Source of the DNA: Candidatus Latescibacterota bacterium
Lineage (GTDB): Bacteria; Latescibacterota; UBA2968
DNA length: 64,000 nt
Direction of reading: 5' to 3'
NCBI GenBank assembly: GCA_965116885.1
Contig: OZ220741.1
Span: forward strand, 4,000,001 to 4,064,000
In this document: in pieces, positions 36,500 through 45,479 of the stretch
Layout of the letters: the number at the start of each line of letters is the position of its first letter
Numbering within the stretch: the first letter of the stretch is position 1
Position numbers and translations under genes: made by a program
The notes under the pieces: model-generated
Database searches by the model: none
What the model saw: the letters and a program-made list of their open reading frames with translations, nothing else
What the model was told of the DNA's origin: nothing

Positions 36500-39400
36500 A
36501 TGGCGTTCTTTAGCAGGTTTATTCCGATTCTGGTATGTGTGGGATTGCTTTCTGGTGTGGTCCAGGCGCAATCTGTTGGAACAGTCACGGGCACAGTGAC
36601 CGATGCCGCAAGTGGCGAGAAATTGGAAGCGGTGCAGGTTCATATTCCGACCTTGAAACTGGGTGTAGTGTCGGATGATCAGGGTCGATTTACTATTCCA
36701 AATGTGCCAGTTGGTGCACACGAACTGAGAGCTGATTTGATCGGCTATGCGACCGCGACAGCGGTTATTACTGTGACGGCAGGAGAAACCGTGACGGTTG
36801 CGTTGCAGATGAATCCCTCCGCACTTTATCTGGATGAAGTGGTGGTGACGGGTACGGCATTTAAGGAGGCGCCCATCAGTATGACGTATGCGGTCGCTGT
36901 AGTTGGACGAGAAAAGATGGCAGAGCAGGGGTCTCCGCAGGCGGTTGATTTTTTTAAGAATCTGGGTGCGAGTCACGGCGTGATCGGTGAGCGGAGCAGT
37001 TGGTACAATGCGGGCCAGGCTGCAACCCTTACGGAGAGCATTGCCAATGTGAATCTGCGTGGGCTGGGGGCTTCGAGGACGCTGGTGTTGATCAATAGCC
37101 GCCGACAGACCTATGTCCCCGCGCGCTTGATCGGTGGGCGCTTTGTCGATGTAAATGTTATTCCCTCTATTGCCCTTGACCGGATTGAGGTCCTCAAGGA
37201 GGGGGCCTCGGCTATCTATGGATCAGATGCAGTGGCCGGCGTTGCCAATTTTTTGACCCGATCCGATTTTGAGGGTTTTGAAGTTTCAGGTGCCTACGAA
37301 CATTTCGTTGGTGCTGGCGATACAAATATAGGCGCGATATGGGGTAAAAAACTCGCCGAAGGAACTCATGTGGTTATTTCTGCGGAATGGATGGGGCGCC
37401 AGGCGCTGCCATCTACAGATAGAGATTACCTGTTGCAGCCGTGGCACGGCGGTGGGCAACGCCTCGGATGGTCGAGTTTGGGGAATCCCGGCACCTTTGC
37501 CATTGGTGCGCCAGCCCCCTGGACCGCTGCCATCCACGCTCCTCGATGTGAGGAATTTGGCGGTTTCCGGGAATCCTGGACATGCCGCTTCCGCTATCAG
37601 CAGTATGAGAATCTGGTCGAAAAAATGAGCCATATCCGTGCTTTTGCTGAGCTCAATGGCACTCTGGACAATGGTACGGATTATCACGTGGAGTACCTGT
37701 GGGCCGAGGCCGAGATCCCCGATTGGTACACGACGCCTTCGTATCCGCCGTTCCCACTGACAGACACGAGTATTATGGAAGTCGCGCCCGATCATCCGGG
37801 ACGGCAGGCATTCTGCCAGGATTATGGTGCAAATCCCGGTGATCTGTATTACGACGCTTGCCATGGTGGCGAAAACTGGTATTTCAATGGGCGGCCCTTT
37901 GGAAACTCTGGTCCCGGACGCACGTTGAGTCGTCAATCGAATACTTTGCGCATGGCGGCTTCGGCAAATGGCGATTTTAAGGCGTTCGGCGGTCGAGATG
38001 CCCATTTTGACGTGGGTCTCTCTTATTCGCGCACTGCGGGCAATTACAATTTGCCGGGGGTGTACATTGAGCGGCTGTTCCTCGGCTTCCGCGGTTTTGG
38101 GGGACCCGATTGCGGCGTTGGTGTAGAGGCAGATCCGACGTCTCTTGCGGGGATGCGACTGGGACGGATCTACGACCAGGTAGCAGGGGAGGGCAACTGT
38201 CATTACTACAATCCTTTCGGGAATGCCATCGAGTTCACGGATCAACATGGCTCGAATTTTGCGAACTCGCCAAATCCCGATTATCGCTCTGGTCTTGAGA
38301 ACACTCCCGAATTGCGGGAATGGCTCGCCAATCAGGAAGTTGATCTACAGAGTACCGCGGATATGCTCGTTGCCGATGCGACATTGACGGGAACCTGGAC
38401 AGAGAATGTCTGGCTCAATGCAAGTTATGCCGCCGGGTACCAGTTCCGCAAGCTCAGTGCTACTGGCGACCCAAACGATCCGGGCGATGTGACCATCAAT
38501 CCATGTCCGGTTCCGGGGGATAAAGGATGCTCAGAGGAAGATAAGTTCGGTCCCTATGCGTTCACGAATGTGAATCGGCCGTACTCCGAAGATCAGACGG
38601 TACACCGCTTTTTTGGCGAAATCCCCCTGAGCCTGGGAGAGCGCGTTGATGTGCAACTCGCCGCGAACTACGAGTTCCACGATGTGGCGAGCAGCTTCGA
38701 TCCCAAGGTCGGCTGGCGCGTGCAGCTTTCGCAATCCCCAACCCATTCCCTGTTTATGCGAGGCTCGGTTCAGACGACATTTCGCACGCCATCGCTGGAC
38801 GATGTAAATGAAAGTCCGTTATCGACACTCGAGTGGATTAACCAGACGGGGGCGTACCAGACAGTGGATCGAATCGGGAGCAAGGACCTCAGACCCGAAC
38901 AGGCATTTACCTATAATGCGGGTCTTGCGCTGGTCACAGAGACTGGCACTGAAGCGACATTCGACTATTGGAGCTACGATTTCAGCGATGTCATCGGTGC
39001 TATGCCCCACGGGAGAATTACCGACTTATATGCCGAAGAAGCCAATAAGAATGCCCTGAAGCAATTCATTGTCTGTCCGGATGGGGTAGGCACTGGCACA
39101 TGCGCGGCCTCAGAACTCGAGCGGGTGCGCGTTGATATCGTCAACTGGCCGGGCGTCAAGACTTCGGGAATTGATGTACATCTTGGCACGCGGATACCAG
39201 CGGGTGCAGGGCAATTCGCGGCCAGTCTGGATGGCACTTATACGCTGTCGTATGAGACAAAGGCTCTGATGCATGGCAATTTGGTGCTCCAGGATGCGGC
39301 AGACGCCGCGGGGTACTTGAATTTTGGCAATCCCATTGCGACTTCGCTTCCCAAGTTGAAAGGGCGAGTATCGGCGGGCTATCACTGGAAGACCTATAGT

Positions 39401-39688
39401 TTGGTGAGTTATCTGAATTATATTTCGTCTTATGAGGACCGCGGATCAATGGGGTCCGATAATGCGAATATTAAAAATTTATTCGGCACTATTGACTCGT
39501 TTGTCACATGGGATGTGAGTTTTCTTTGGAACTTGTCCAGAGGCGTAAATATCGCGTTCTCCGGAATGAATCTACTCGGCAAGAAGCCACCTCTGGTGAA
39601 TATAGAGCAAGCCTACGATGGCTTCACGCACGATCCCAAAGAACGGCGGTTGAAGCTGGGCCTTACATATCATTTCGAGAGTTTATAA
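36500..39688 (+). CDS. TonB-dependent receptor (paralog 2)
   Basis: Same motifs as, and colinear with, 31281..34466; GGGAGG RBS. Confidence 0.93.
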   Translation: MAFFSRFIPILVCVGLLSGVVQAQSVGTVTGTVTDAASGEKLEAVQVHIPTLKLGVVSDDQGRFTIPNVPVGAHELRADLIGYATATAVITVTAGETVTVALQMNPSALYLDEVVVTGTAFKEAPISMTYAVAVVGREKMAEQGSPQAVDFFKNLGASHGVIGERSSWYNAGQAATLTESIANVNLRGLGASRTLVLINSRRQTYVPARLIGGRFVDVNVIPSIALDRIEVLKEGASAIYGSDAVAGVANFLTRSDFEGFEVSGAYEHFVGAGDTNIGAIWGKKLAEGTHVVISAEWMGRQALPSTDRDYLLQPWHGGGQRLGWSSLGNPGTFAIGAPAPWTAAIHAPRCEEFGGFRESWTCRFRYQQYENLVEKMSHIRAFAELNGTLDNGTDYHVEYLWAEAEIPDWYTTPSYPPFPLTDTSIMEVAPDHPGRQAFCQDYGANPGDLYYDACHGGENWYFNGRPFGNSGPGRTLSRQSNTLRMAASANGDFKAFGGRDAHFDVGLSYSRTAGNYNLPGVYIERLFLGFRGFGGPDCGVGVEADPTSLAGMRLGRIYDQVAGEGNCHYYNPFGNAIEFTDQHGSNFANSPNPDYRSGLENTPELREWLANQEVDLQSTADMLVADATLTGTWTENVWLNASYAAGYQFRKLSATGDPNDPGDVTINPCPVPGDKGCSEEDKFGPYAFTNVNRPYSEDQTVHRFFGEIPLSLGERVDVQLAANYEFHDVASSFDPKVGWRVQLSQSPTHSLFMRGSVQTTFRTPSLDDVNESPLSTLEWINQTGAYQTVDRIGSKDLRPEQAFTYNAGLALVTETGTEATFDYWSYDFSDVIGAMPHGRITDLYAEEANKNALKQFIVCPDGVGTGTCAASELERVRVDIVNWPGVKTSGIDVHLGTRIPAGAGQFAASLDGTYTLSYETKALMHGNLVLQDAADAAGYLNFGNPIATSLPKLKGRVSAGYHWKTYSLVSYLNYISSYEDRGSMGSDNANIKNLFGTIDSFVTWDVSFLWNLSRGVNIAFSGMNLLGKKPPLVNIEQAYDGFTHDPKERRLKLGLTYHFESL

Positions 39689-39714
39689 TATCCGCGCATC
39701 ATCGAGTACAATAC

Positions 39715-39783
39715 AAAAGCCCGTCAAGTTGTGATGAACAGGTCTGTCAAGTGACCTGTTTTACACTTGGCGGGCTTTTTTTT
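39715..39783 (+). terminator. Long hairpin terminator between convergent genes
   Basis: AAAAGCCCGTCAAGT...ACTTGGCGGGCTTTTTTTT with inner stem AACAGGTC/GACCTGTT. Confidence 0.8.
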
Positions 39784-39811
39784 AAATACAACTTCTTCCA
39801 CAGAAGTTTAT

Positions 39812-39889
39812 CCTGATCCGCCTTCATCTGCGGATACTCTAGCCTTTCATCCTGTTCATCCTCTCATCCTGCAAATCCTGATTCAGACA
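39812..39889 (-). repeat. Composite intergenic repeat: (CAGGATGAA)-like 8-9-mer array plus an ATCCGCAGATGAA unit
   Basis: Minus strand TGTCTGAATCAGGATTTGCAGGATGAGAGGATGAACAGGATGAAAGGC...ATCCGCAGATGAAGGCGGATCAGG. Confidence 0.75.
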
Positions 39890-41130
39890 GTTTTTCGCAC
39901 GGCCGACTTTTTCGATTCGCTGTACAATTTCTCAAATGCTTCTGTGCCGTCGTCTTCAATGACATCGAGTGATGAGTCGGGTTCTGATATGGGCTGGGAA
40001 TCTTCGGGATAGACGTGGTGCATGTCCTGTTTTGTGCAGGCATAATAGGTAACTTCGCCGCTTTTGCGACGGTACGCGTAAAGGTGGCGAGGGGGATCGA
40101 CCCATGTGTAGTCTGCGGCGTATTGCGCTATCGCGGCGGGATCAATTTCTACACCGAGGCCCGGCGTTTCAGTGACGCGGTAAAAGCCACCCCGAACTTC
40201 AATCGCTGGTTTTACGAGTTGATGCTCCCAGATGTTCATACACGTAATGGCCGGCCATTTGGCCTGGGGGAGGACCGCACCCAGATGCGCTGCCCAGGCT
40301 GTTGTGATGCCAGAGCCGACGAGTTGCAGCCAGAAGGGCTTGTTCCATTGCTCGCACACGGATGCTTGTTTGAGAAGGCGCGAGGCACCTGCACAGATGA
40401 CAAAACCATCGGTGACATCTTCTTTCATGGTCGTTTCAATGGGCGGGTTGTTGTAGTGCATGGCAATGGGACGCGCGATCAGATTTCTGATTTGCTTGTT
40501 GCCCGCTACGTCGTTTTGTGGAATTGGCGTTTCGATCATCGCAACTTCGGGATAGGCTTCCAATTCTCGTAGGTGCGGGATTGCATTGGCGGAATTGGCA
40601 AGGGTGCCGTTGTAGTCGAGGTCGAGGTGAAAACCGGGGGGAACTACTTTTTGAACGGCCTGAATGGCTGCGTGCAGATCAAACCAGGGGCGGGCTTTGA
40701 GTTTTGAACTGGTATATCCCGCCTGGGCCGCTTGCCGGCACTCTTCTGCCCATCCTTCTGGCGGCATGTCCATATTCCACCACGATATGGGACACCAGTC
40801 GCGCACTTTTGTGCCCAGAAGACGGTATATGGGAACACCCTGCGCTTTTGCTATGGCATCAAATAGAGCCATCTGTACGCCAGCGCCAAGGCTGTCATCC
40901 CACATCAATTCAGCGGCGGGTCTGCCGACAATTCTGTTTTCGATATCTCCGGGTACTTTGGCCCAGGTGTAGTTGGGTATGGTTTCTCCCCATCCCTCAA
41001 TGCCATTTTCGAGCGTGATGTGGCAAATCTGGTGTATCCGCCAGTGGGGAAGCCAGTAGCCGAGGTGTTTCTGGCTGTGTGGCGTGAAAGGGACATCGAG
41101 ATTGATGAGTTCTATGGCTTTGATTTTCAT
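39883..41130 (-). CDS. Mandelate racemase/muconate lactonizing enzyme family protein
   Basis: GIEGWGE, VQMALFD, PIYRLLG, KLK, LDYN, IETP, PGLGVEID. Confidence 0.9.
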   Translation of the reverse strand: MKIKAIELINLDVPFTPHSQKHLGYWLPHWRIHQICHITLENGIEGWGETIPNYTWAKVPGDIENRIVGRPAAELMWDDSLGAGVQMALFDAIAKAQGVPIYRLLGTKVRDWCPISWWNMDMPPEGWAEECRQAAQAGYTSSKLKARPWFDLHAAIQAVQKVVPPGFHLDLDYNGTLANSANAIPHLRELEAYPEVAMIETPIPQNDVAGNKQIRNLIARPIAMHYNNPPIETTMKEDVTDGFVICAGASRLLKQASVCEQWNKPFWLQLVGSGITTAWAAHLGAVLPQAKWPAITCMNIWEHQLVKPAIEVRGGFYRVTETPGLGVEIDPAAIAQYAADYTWVDPPRHLYAYRRKSGEVTYYACTKQDMHHVYPEDSQPISEPDSSLDVIEDDGTEAFEKLYSESKKSAVRKTV

Positions 41131-41257
41131 GGGTGACCTCCGCGAAAAGTTGATGTGCATATCGCACGATATGACACCTGAAACGCGATGTCAAGTACAA
41201 CGGCGATAAAGAAAACGTGCATAGGTTAAAAAGTTGGTTTATATTGGGGGTTCAGTA

Positions 41258-41330
41258 AACGAATCAACAAAGTTCATACCGATTTTAGGTGGTAGGGTGG
41301 GGTTCGTTTATTCGTCTATTCGTCTATTCG
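41258..41330. repeat. Octamer-armed foldback element (CGAATCAAC ... ATTCGTCT array)
   Basis: aacgaatcaac at 41258; ttcgtttattcgtctattcgtctattcg at 41303-41330; related copy at 54529-54629. Confidence 0.65.
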
Positions 41331-41360
41331 CCAGGCATTAACAATTAAAGGAGGCGATGT

Positions 41361-42350
41361 ATGGCAGTGCAGTGTATTCATCTGGGTGTTGGCGGTAGAG
41401 GTAAGTGGCCGGTTGCTATGTTTGCCGAGCGAGATGATGTGGAGAGCGCGGCTTTTGTCGATGTTCACGAAGGCAATATGAATGCCGCTATGGAAGTGTC
41501 GGGTTTGCCCGAGTCGCGGTGTTTTAGGACGCTTGAACAAGCCATGAACAATGTGGAATCGGATTGCGTGATTGTTATCACCCCGCCAGATTCCCACGCG
41601 GATATGATTTTGGAAGCGGTTAGAGCGGGAAAGCATGTTCTGGTCGAAAAGCCGTTTACAAAAACTCTGGCATCGGCAAAGCATGTTGTTGAGGAAGCCG
41701 ATCGCATGGGGGTCAAGGTGGGGGTGAGCCAAAATGCCAAATACAATCCGGCGACGATGACCCTATCGCGCCACTTGCGGGAAGAGACGTATGGTAAGGC
41801 GCGTTTTGGGCTTTTTACCAAGATAGGCTGGCGCAGTAAGGGAGTACACCATTCGGGTCACGACGATCATTCTTATTTGTGGGAGCGCGGGATTCACGAT
41901 TTGGACACCATGCGATATATTTTGGGCGCGTTGCCCGTGCGGATGTGGGCGCATAGCTTTAATCCACCCTGGAGTCCGTATAAGGGCGGGGCAGGTGTTT
42001 CCGGATGGGTAGAATTTGATGGGGGAGCGACAGCGACCTATTTTGCGACTTTTGAACCCCATAAGTCGGGTGGCGAAACGCGAGTGGATGTGGATGAGGG
42101 GACGCTTTCCCTTGAGGGTGGCAATCTCGTTTTGACGCGCCGCAAAGCCGATCCCGAAATATTGCCTCTGGACGCAGGTCCCACTTCGACAGATCTGATT
42201 GTCAATCAATTTGTCGCGTGGATCAATGGCGGTGAAGAACCCGAGTTCTCCGGGCGCAATAATCTGGTGACTGTGGCGATGGTTGAAGGGATGGGCATTT
42301 CCTCAGAGTCCGGGCGGATTGTGTCGCTCAAAGAGTTTGTGAATGTGTGA
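41361..42350 (+). CDS. Gfo/Idh/MocA family oxidoreductase
   Basis: LGVGGRG, AGKHVLVEKP, GIHDLD; AGGAGG RBS. Confidence 0.92.
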   Translation: MAVQCIHLGVGGRGKWPVAMFAERDDVESAAFVDVHEGNMNAAMEVSGLPESRCFRTLEQAMNNVESDCVIVITPPDSHADMILEAVRAGKHVLVEKPFTKTLASAKHVVEEADRMGVKVGVSQNAKYNPATMTLSRHLREETYGKARFGLFTKIGWRSKGVHHSGHDDHSYLWERGIHDLDTMRYILGALPVRMWAHSFNPPWSPYKGGAGVSGWVEFDGGATATYFATFEPHKSGGETRVDVDEGTLSLEGGNLVLTRRKADPEILPLDAGPTSTDLIVNQFVAWINGGEEPEFSGRNNLVTVAMVEGMGISSESGRIVSLKEFVNV

Positions 42351-42383
42351 GCAGGGCATTGCCATCATGCGGATGAGAGATAC

Positions 42384-43448
42384 ATGAACTATATCGGAAG
42401 CAAGTATTCTCTGCGCGACTTTCTCGAAGAGGGTATCACAAGAAATGTAAATTCGGATTGTAAGGTGTTGTGTGATGTTTTTGCTGGTACTGGCGTTGTA
42501 GGAGCACATTTTAAGCAGAAGGGCTTTAAGATTATCTCTAACGATATTCAATACTACTCCTATTGTCTCAATCGCGCACTTGTAGGGATTAATCGTGTTC
42601 CTTCATTTTGTGGGGTTCTGAATGATCTGATACCAGCAACACAATCCTGCGATACAACTGATACTGTATTGGAATATCTCAATAACCTCGATGGAAAATC
42701 TGGATTTATCTATCGCAATTATTGTCCGGGTGGAACAGAGGGGGCAGAGTTTAAGAGACAGTATTTCTCGGATGAGAATGGCAGGCGATGTGATGCGATC
42801 CGGATGCAGATTGAGGACTGGTGGCGGACGGGTAAATTGACGGAGGATGAGTATTTTTATCTTTTGGCGAGTTTGATCGATGCGGCAGACCGGGTTGCAA
42901 ATACGGCGTCGGTCTATGGTGCGTTTTTGAAGCATATCAAGAAGAGCGCACTGAAGCCCCTGCAATTGAAGCGGCTTGCTATTGTCGAGAGCGATGAAAA
43001 GCACGAAGTACACAATTTAGATGGACAGGAGTTGGTCGAGCGTCTGTCTTGCGATGTGCTGTATATGGATCCGCCCTATAATCATCGCCAGTACTGTGCG
43101 AATTATCATGTGCTGGAGACGATTGCGCGGTACGATGAGCCTGCCTTGAAAGGTGTGACGGGTCTGCGTCCACAGGACGATCAAAAATCGGATTTCTGTA
43201 TGAAGAGACAGGCTTTACCTGCATTTGATGAGATGGTTAAAAAGTCTTCGGCGCGGTATGTATTCCTCAGCTATAATAGCGAGGGGATTATGGGTAAGGA
43301 TGAGATTTTGCAGACAATGGGTCAATACGGGGAGGTGGATTTGATGACGCGGGATTACCAGCGTTTTCGGGCGGATGTAGATCGGGAGAATCGGGTTTAT
43401 AAAGCAGATCAGGTGGAGGAGTATCTGTTCTGTCTGAACAAGCAGTGA
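42384..43448 (+). CDS. DNA adenine methyltransferase, M.NlaIII-like (probably CATG)
   Basis: MNYIGSK, DVFAGTGVVG, RQYFSDENG, ADRVANTASVYGAFLK, LYMDPPYN, FLSYNSEG. Confidence 0.88.
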   Translation: MNYIGSKYSLRDFLEEGITRNVNSDCKVLCDVFAGTGVVGAHFKQKGFKIISNDIQYYSYCLNRALVGINRVPSFCGVLNDLIPATQSCDTTDTVLEYLNNLDGKSGFIYRNYCPGGTEGAEFKRQYFSDENGRRCDAIRMQIEDWWRTGKLTEDEYFYLLASLIDAADRVANTASVYGAFLKHIKKSALKPLQLKRLAIVESDEKHEVHNLDGQELVERLSCDVLYMDPPYNHRQYCANYHVLETIARYDEPALKGVTGLRPQDDQKSDFCMKRQALPAFDEMVKKSSARYVFLSYNSEGIMGKDEILQTMGQYGEVDLMTRDYQRFRADVDRENRVYKADQVEEYLFCLNKQ

Positions 43449-43463
43449 GGTGCGCGGCGTTTT

Positions 43464-44597
43464 ATGGAGCGGTTTACATATATAGCGTTGTTTTTGGTGC
43501 TGGTTTTTGCAGTTTATCAACCATCTCAAATACAGGGTAGAACAATGATTGTTGCAACGCAGAGTTCTTCGGAAAAATCAAAGGCAGCAGCCGATTTTGT
43601 GGGCGATGGGATGGGCGATCAGGAGGAGATTTACGCGGCGATTCACGCGCTGCCAGCATCTGGCGGGACGGTGACGTTGATGGAGGGAACGTATGATATC
43701 CGCAAGGTGGAGGGCAAGCTCGGGGGATTGATTATTGATCGTAGCAATGTGACACTAATAGGGCAGGGTGCAGCCACGCGGTTGATTTTGGCACCGGATC
43801 AGAATACCAATGTGATCCGCATTATAGGAAATGGCGTGGGAAATATTGTGATTCGGGATCTCTGGGTGGATCAGAACCGGGATCAAAATCCGTATAATGG
43901 CGCGGAGTTTGTGAATATTTCGCACGGGCGGTTCGAGTATAATGGCATTAAAGCATTTTGTGCAGAGCCGGGTGGGTCCTGTCCCGATCCGACGCATAAT
44001 ATTACGATTGAGAATTGTACGGTGCTAAACGCGCAGAGGTTGGGCATTATGCTGGATGGACCCAATATGCGGGTGGTGAATAACCACCTGGGCAATGCCC
44101 ATTCCGATGCGGTGGAGCTTCTGGAGGGTCCGGGGTTTGTGATGGGAAATTTTGTGGAGATTACCGGGCGCACGCATGTTGCAGTGGGTTCGGATCGAGG
44201 CAATTCGATTATTATGGCGAATAATGTCGTGCATGTGCGAGAGGGAGGCGATCTGGATATTGCTTTTCGGTCCTGGGCAGATTCCGAGCGGCATGTGATT
44301 TCCAATAATATTGTTATGGTGGATCAGGGTGGAAAGCTGGGTCTGGCGATGGATGTGCGCGGGTTTGATACGTCTATTACGGGGAATGTGATTCGAGGCC
44401 GGGATGAGGCAAAACGCTTGCCGCTGTGGCTTACTGGGGCGGGTATGGCGGTTACTGGCAATCATTTTCAGAATGTGGAACTGATTGTGAATGATCAGAC
44501 CGATACGAATCGCCCGATTTTGATTCAGGGTAATGTGATGGAAAATTCTGGAGTTTCGCATGAAGTGGGGGATCTGATTCGTCCAGAGGGAGATTGA
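43464..44597 (+). CDS. Secreted right-handed parallel beta-helix protein (pectin lyase-like)
   Basis: Signal peptide; AAIHALPASGGTVTLMEGTY, SNVTLIGQG, repeated I.NN.V rungs. Confidence 0.85.
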   Translation: MERFTYIALFLVLVFAVYQPSQIQGRTMIVATQSSSEKSKAAADFVGDGMGDQEEIYAAIHALPASGGTVTLMEGTYDIRKVEGKLGGLIIDRSNVTLIGQGAATRLILAPDQNTNVIRIIGNGVGNIVIRDLWVDQNRDQNPYNGAEFVNISHGRFEYNGIKAFCAEPGGSCPDPTHNITIENCTVLNAQRLGIMLDGPNMRVVNNHLGNAHSDAVELLEGPGFVMGNFVEITGRTHVAVGSDRGNSIIMANNVVHVREGGDLDIAFRSWADSERHVISNNIVMVDQGGKLGLAMDVRGFDTSITGNVIRGRDEAKRLPLWLTGAGMAVTGNHFQNVELIVNDQTDTNRPILIQGNVMENSGVSHEVGDLIRPEGD

Positions 44598-44599
44598 GT

Positions 44600-45034
44600 A
44601 TGGGAGAAAACGAGCTATCGTTTGACCACATCCATATCATCAGCGAGGATCCGCGAAATTCGGCAGCTTGGTATGTCGATAAATTAGGCGCAACGATCAA
44701 TAGCGAGATCGAGCTTCGCGCTGCGCCGCAGATCAAGGTGAGTCTGGGAGGGGCAACGCTTCTGATTCGAGGAAGACGCCCCGGTGAAGATCCATCCAGG
44801 CCCACGCCGATGCGAGATTTTGAGGATTATTCGAGCCATGACGCATACGGTACCGATCATTTTGGTTTTACGTACCGCGGCGACTTGCGGGCGTATTGCG
44901 AAGTGTTGCGCGATAGGGGGGTGGAGTTCGTGGTTGAGCCATGGGAATTTATCCCCGGTAGCGGCGGTGTGATATGCTATATCGCCGCACCCGATGGTGT
45001 CAGTATTGAGCTTGTTCAGGCGAGGCAGCGTTGA
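44600..45034 (+). CDS. VOC/glyoxalase family protein
   Basis: FDHIHI, WYVDKLGA, DHFGF, APDGVSIELVQ. Confidence 0.9.
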   Translation: MGENELSFDHIHIISEDPRNSAAWYVDKLGATINSEIELRAAPQIKVSLGGATLLIRGRRPGEDPSRPTPMRDFEDYSSHDAYGTDHFGFTYRGDLRAYCEVLRDRGVEFVVEPWEFIPGSGGVICYIAAPDGVSIELVQARQR

Positions 45035-45063
45035 TTGGTAGGGCGATATCGCTGTAGATAAGA

Positions 45064-45100
45064 ATAGCTTCTTGCCTCTTGAAGCTATCTGCATTATGTT
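45064..45100 (+). promoter_or_regulatory. Promoter with overlapping inverted-repeat operator
   Basis: ATAGCTTC-N9-GAAGCTAT straddling TTGCCT-17-TATGTT. Confidence 0.5.
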
Positions 45101-45129
45101 TAATTATGAAAACTTCAAAAAGAATCTTT

Positions 45130-45447
45130 ATGCCTCAGAAAATTACTACTATAATAGGTGTAGGCAACCAATCTGACACACTGAAAGTCATGTCGCAACC
45201 TACTCTTGCCAGAGCAAAAAGCAAGATTCAAGCCATCAATGAAGATGTGCAGAACTCCGAGGGACTTACCGAGGATGAGGCAGATGCTGCTATTGAGGCA
45301 GGCCTGATTGATGCAGATCAAAAATACTGGTGGCTTGAAGGCTGGCAGAAGCGTCACCGAAAAGCTGAAGAGGATATTAGAAAAGGGCGTGTCCGGGAAT
45401 TTGATAGTCCCGAAGCTTTTCTCAATTCCTTGCCTTATCGGTATTGA
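45130..45447 (+). CDS. Antitoxin-like protein (AbrB/MazE-type C-terminal motif), no adjacent toxin
   Basis: IDADQKYWWLEGWQ...AEEDIRKGRVREFDSPEAFL; start uncertain. Confidence 0.6.
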   Translation: MPQKITTIIGVGNQSDTLKVMSQPTLARAKSKIQAINEDVQNSEGLTEDEADAAIEAGLIDADQKYWWLEGWQKRHRKAEEDIRKGRVREFDSPEAFLNSLPYRY

Positions 45448-45479
45448 TTATCTGTTTTAAATTAAAGAGGAGATTTGAC

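Noticed and set aside
42384..45447. Restriction-modification or defence island
   Set aside because: No endonuclease, integrase or other defence gene; neighbours are metabolic
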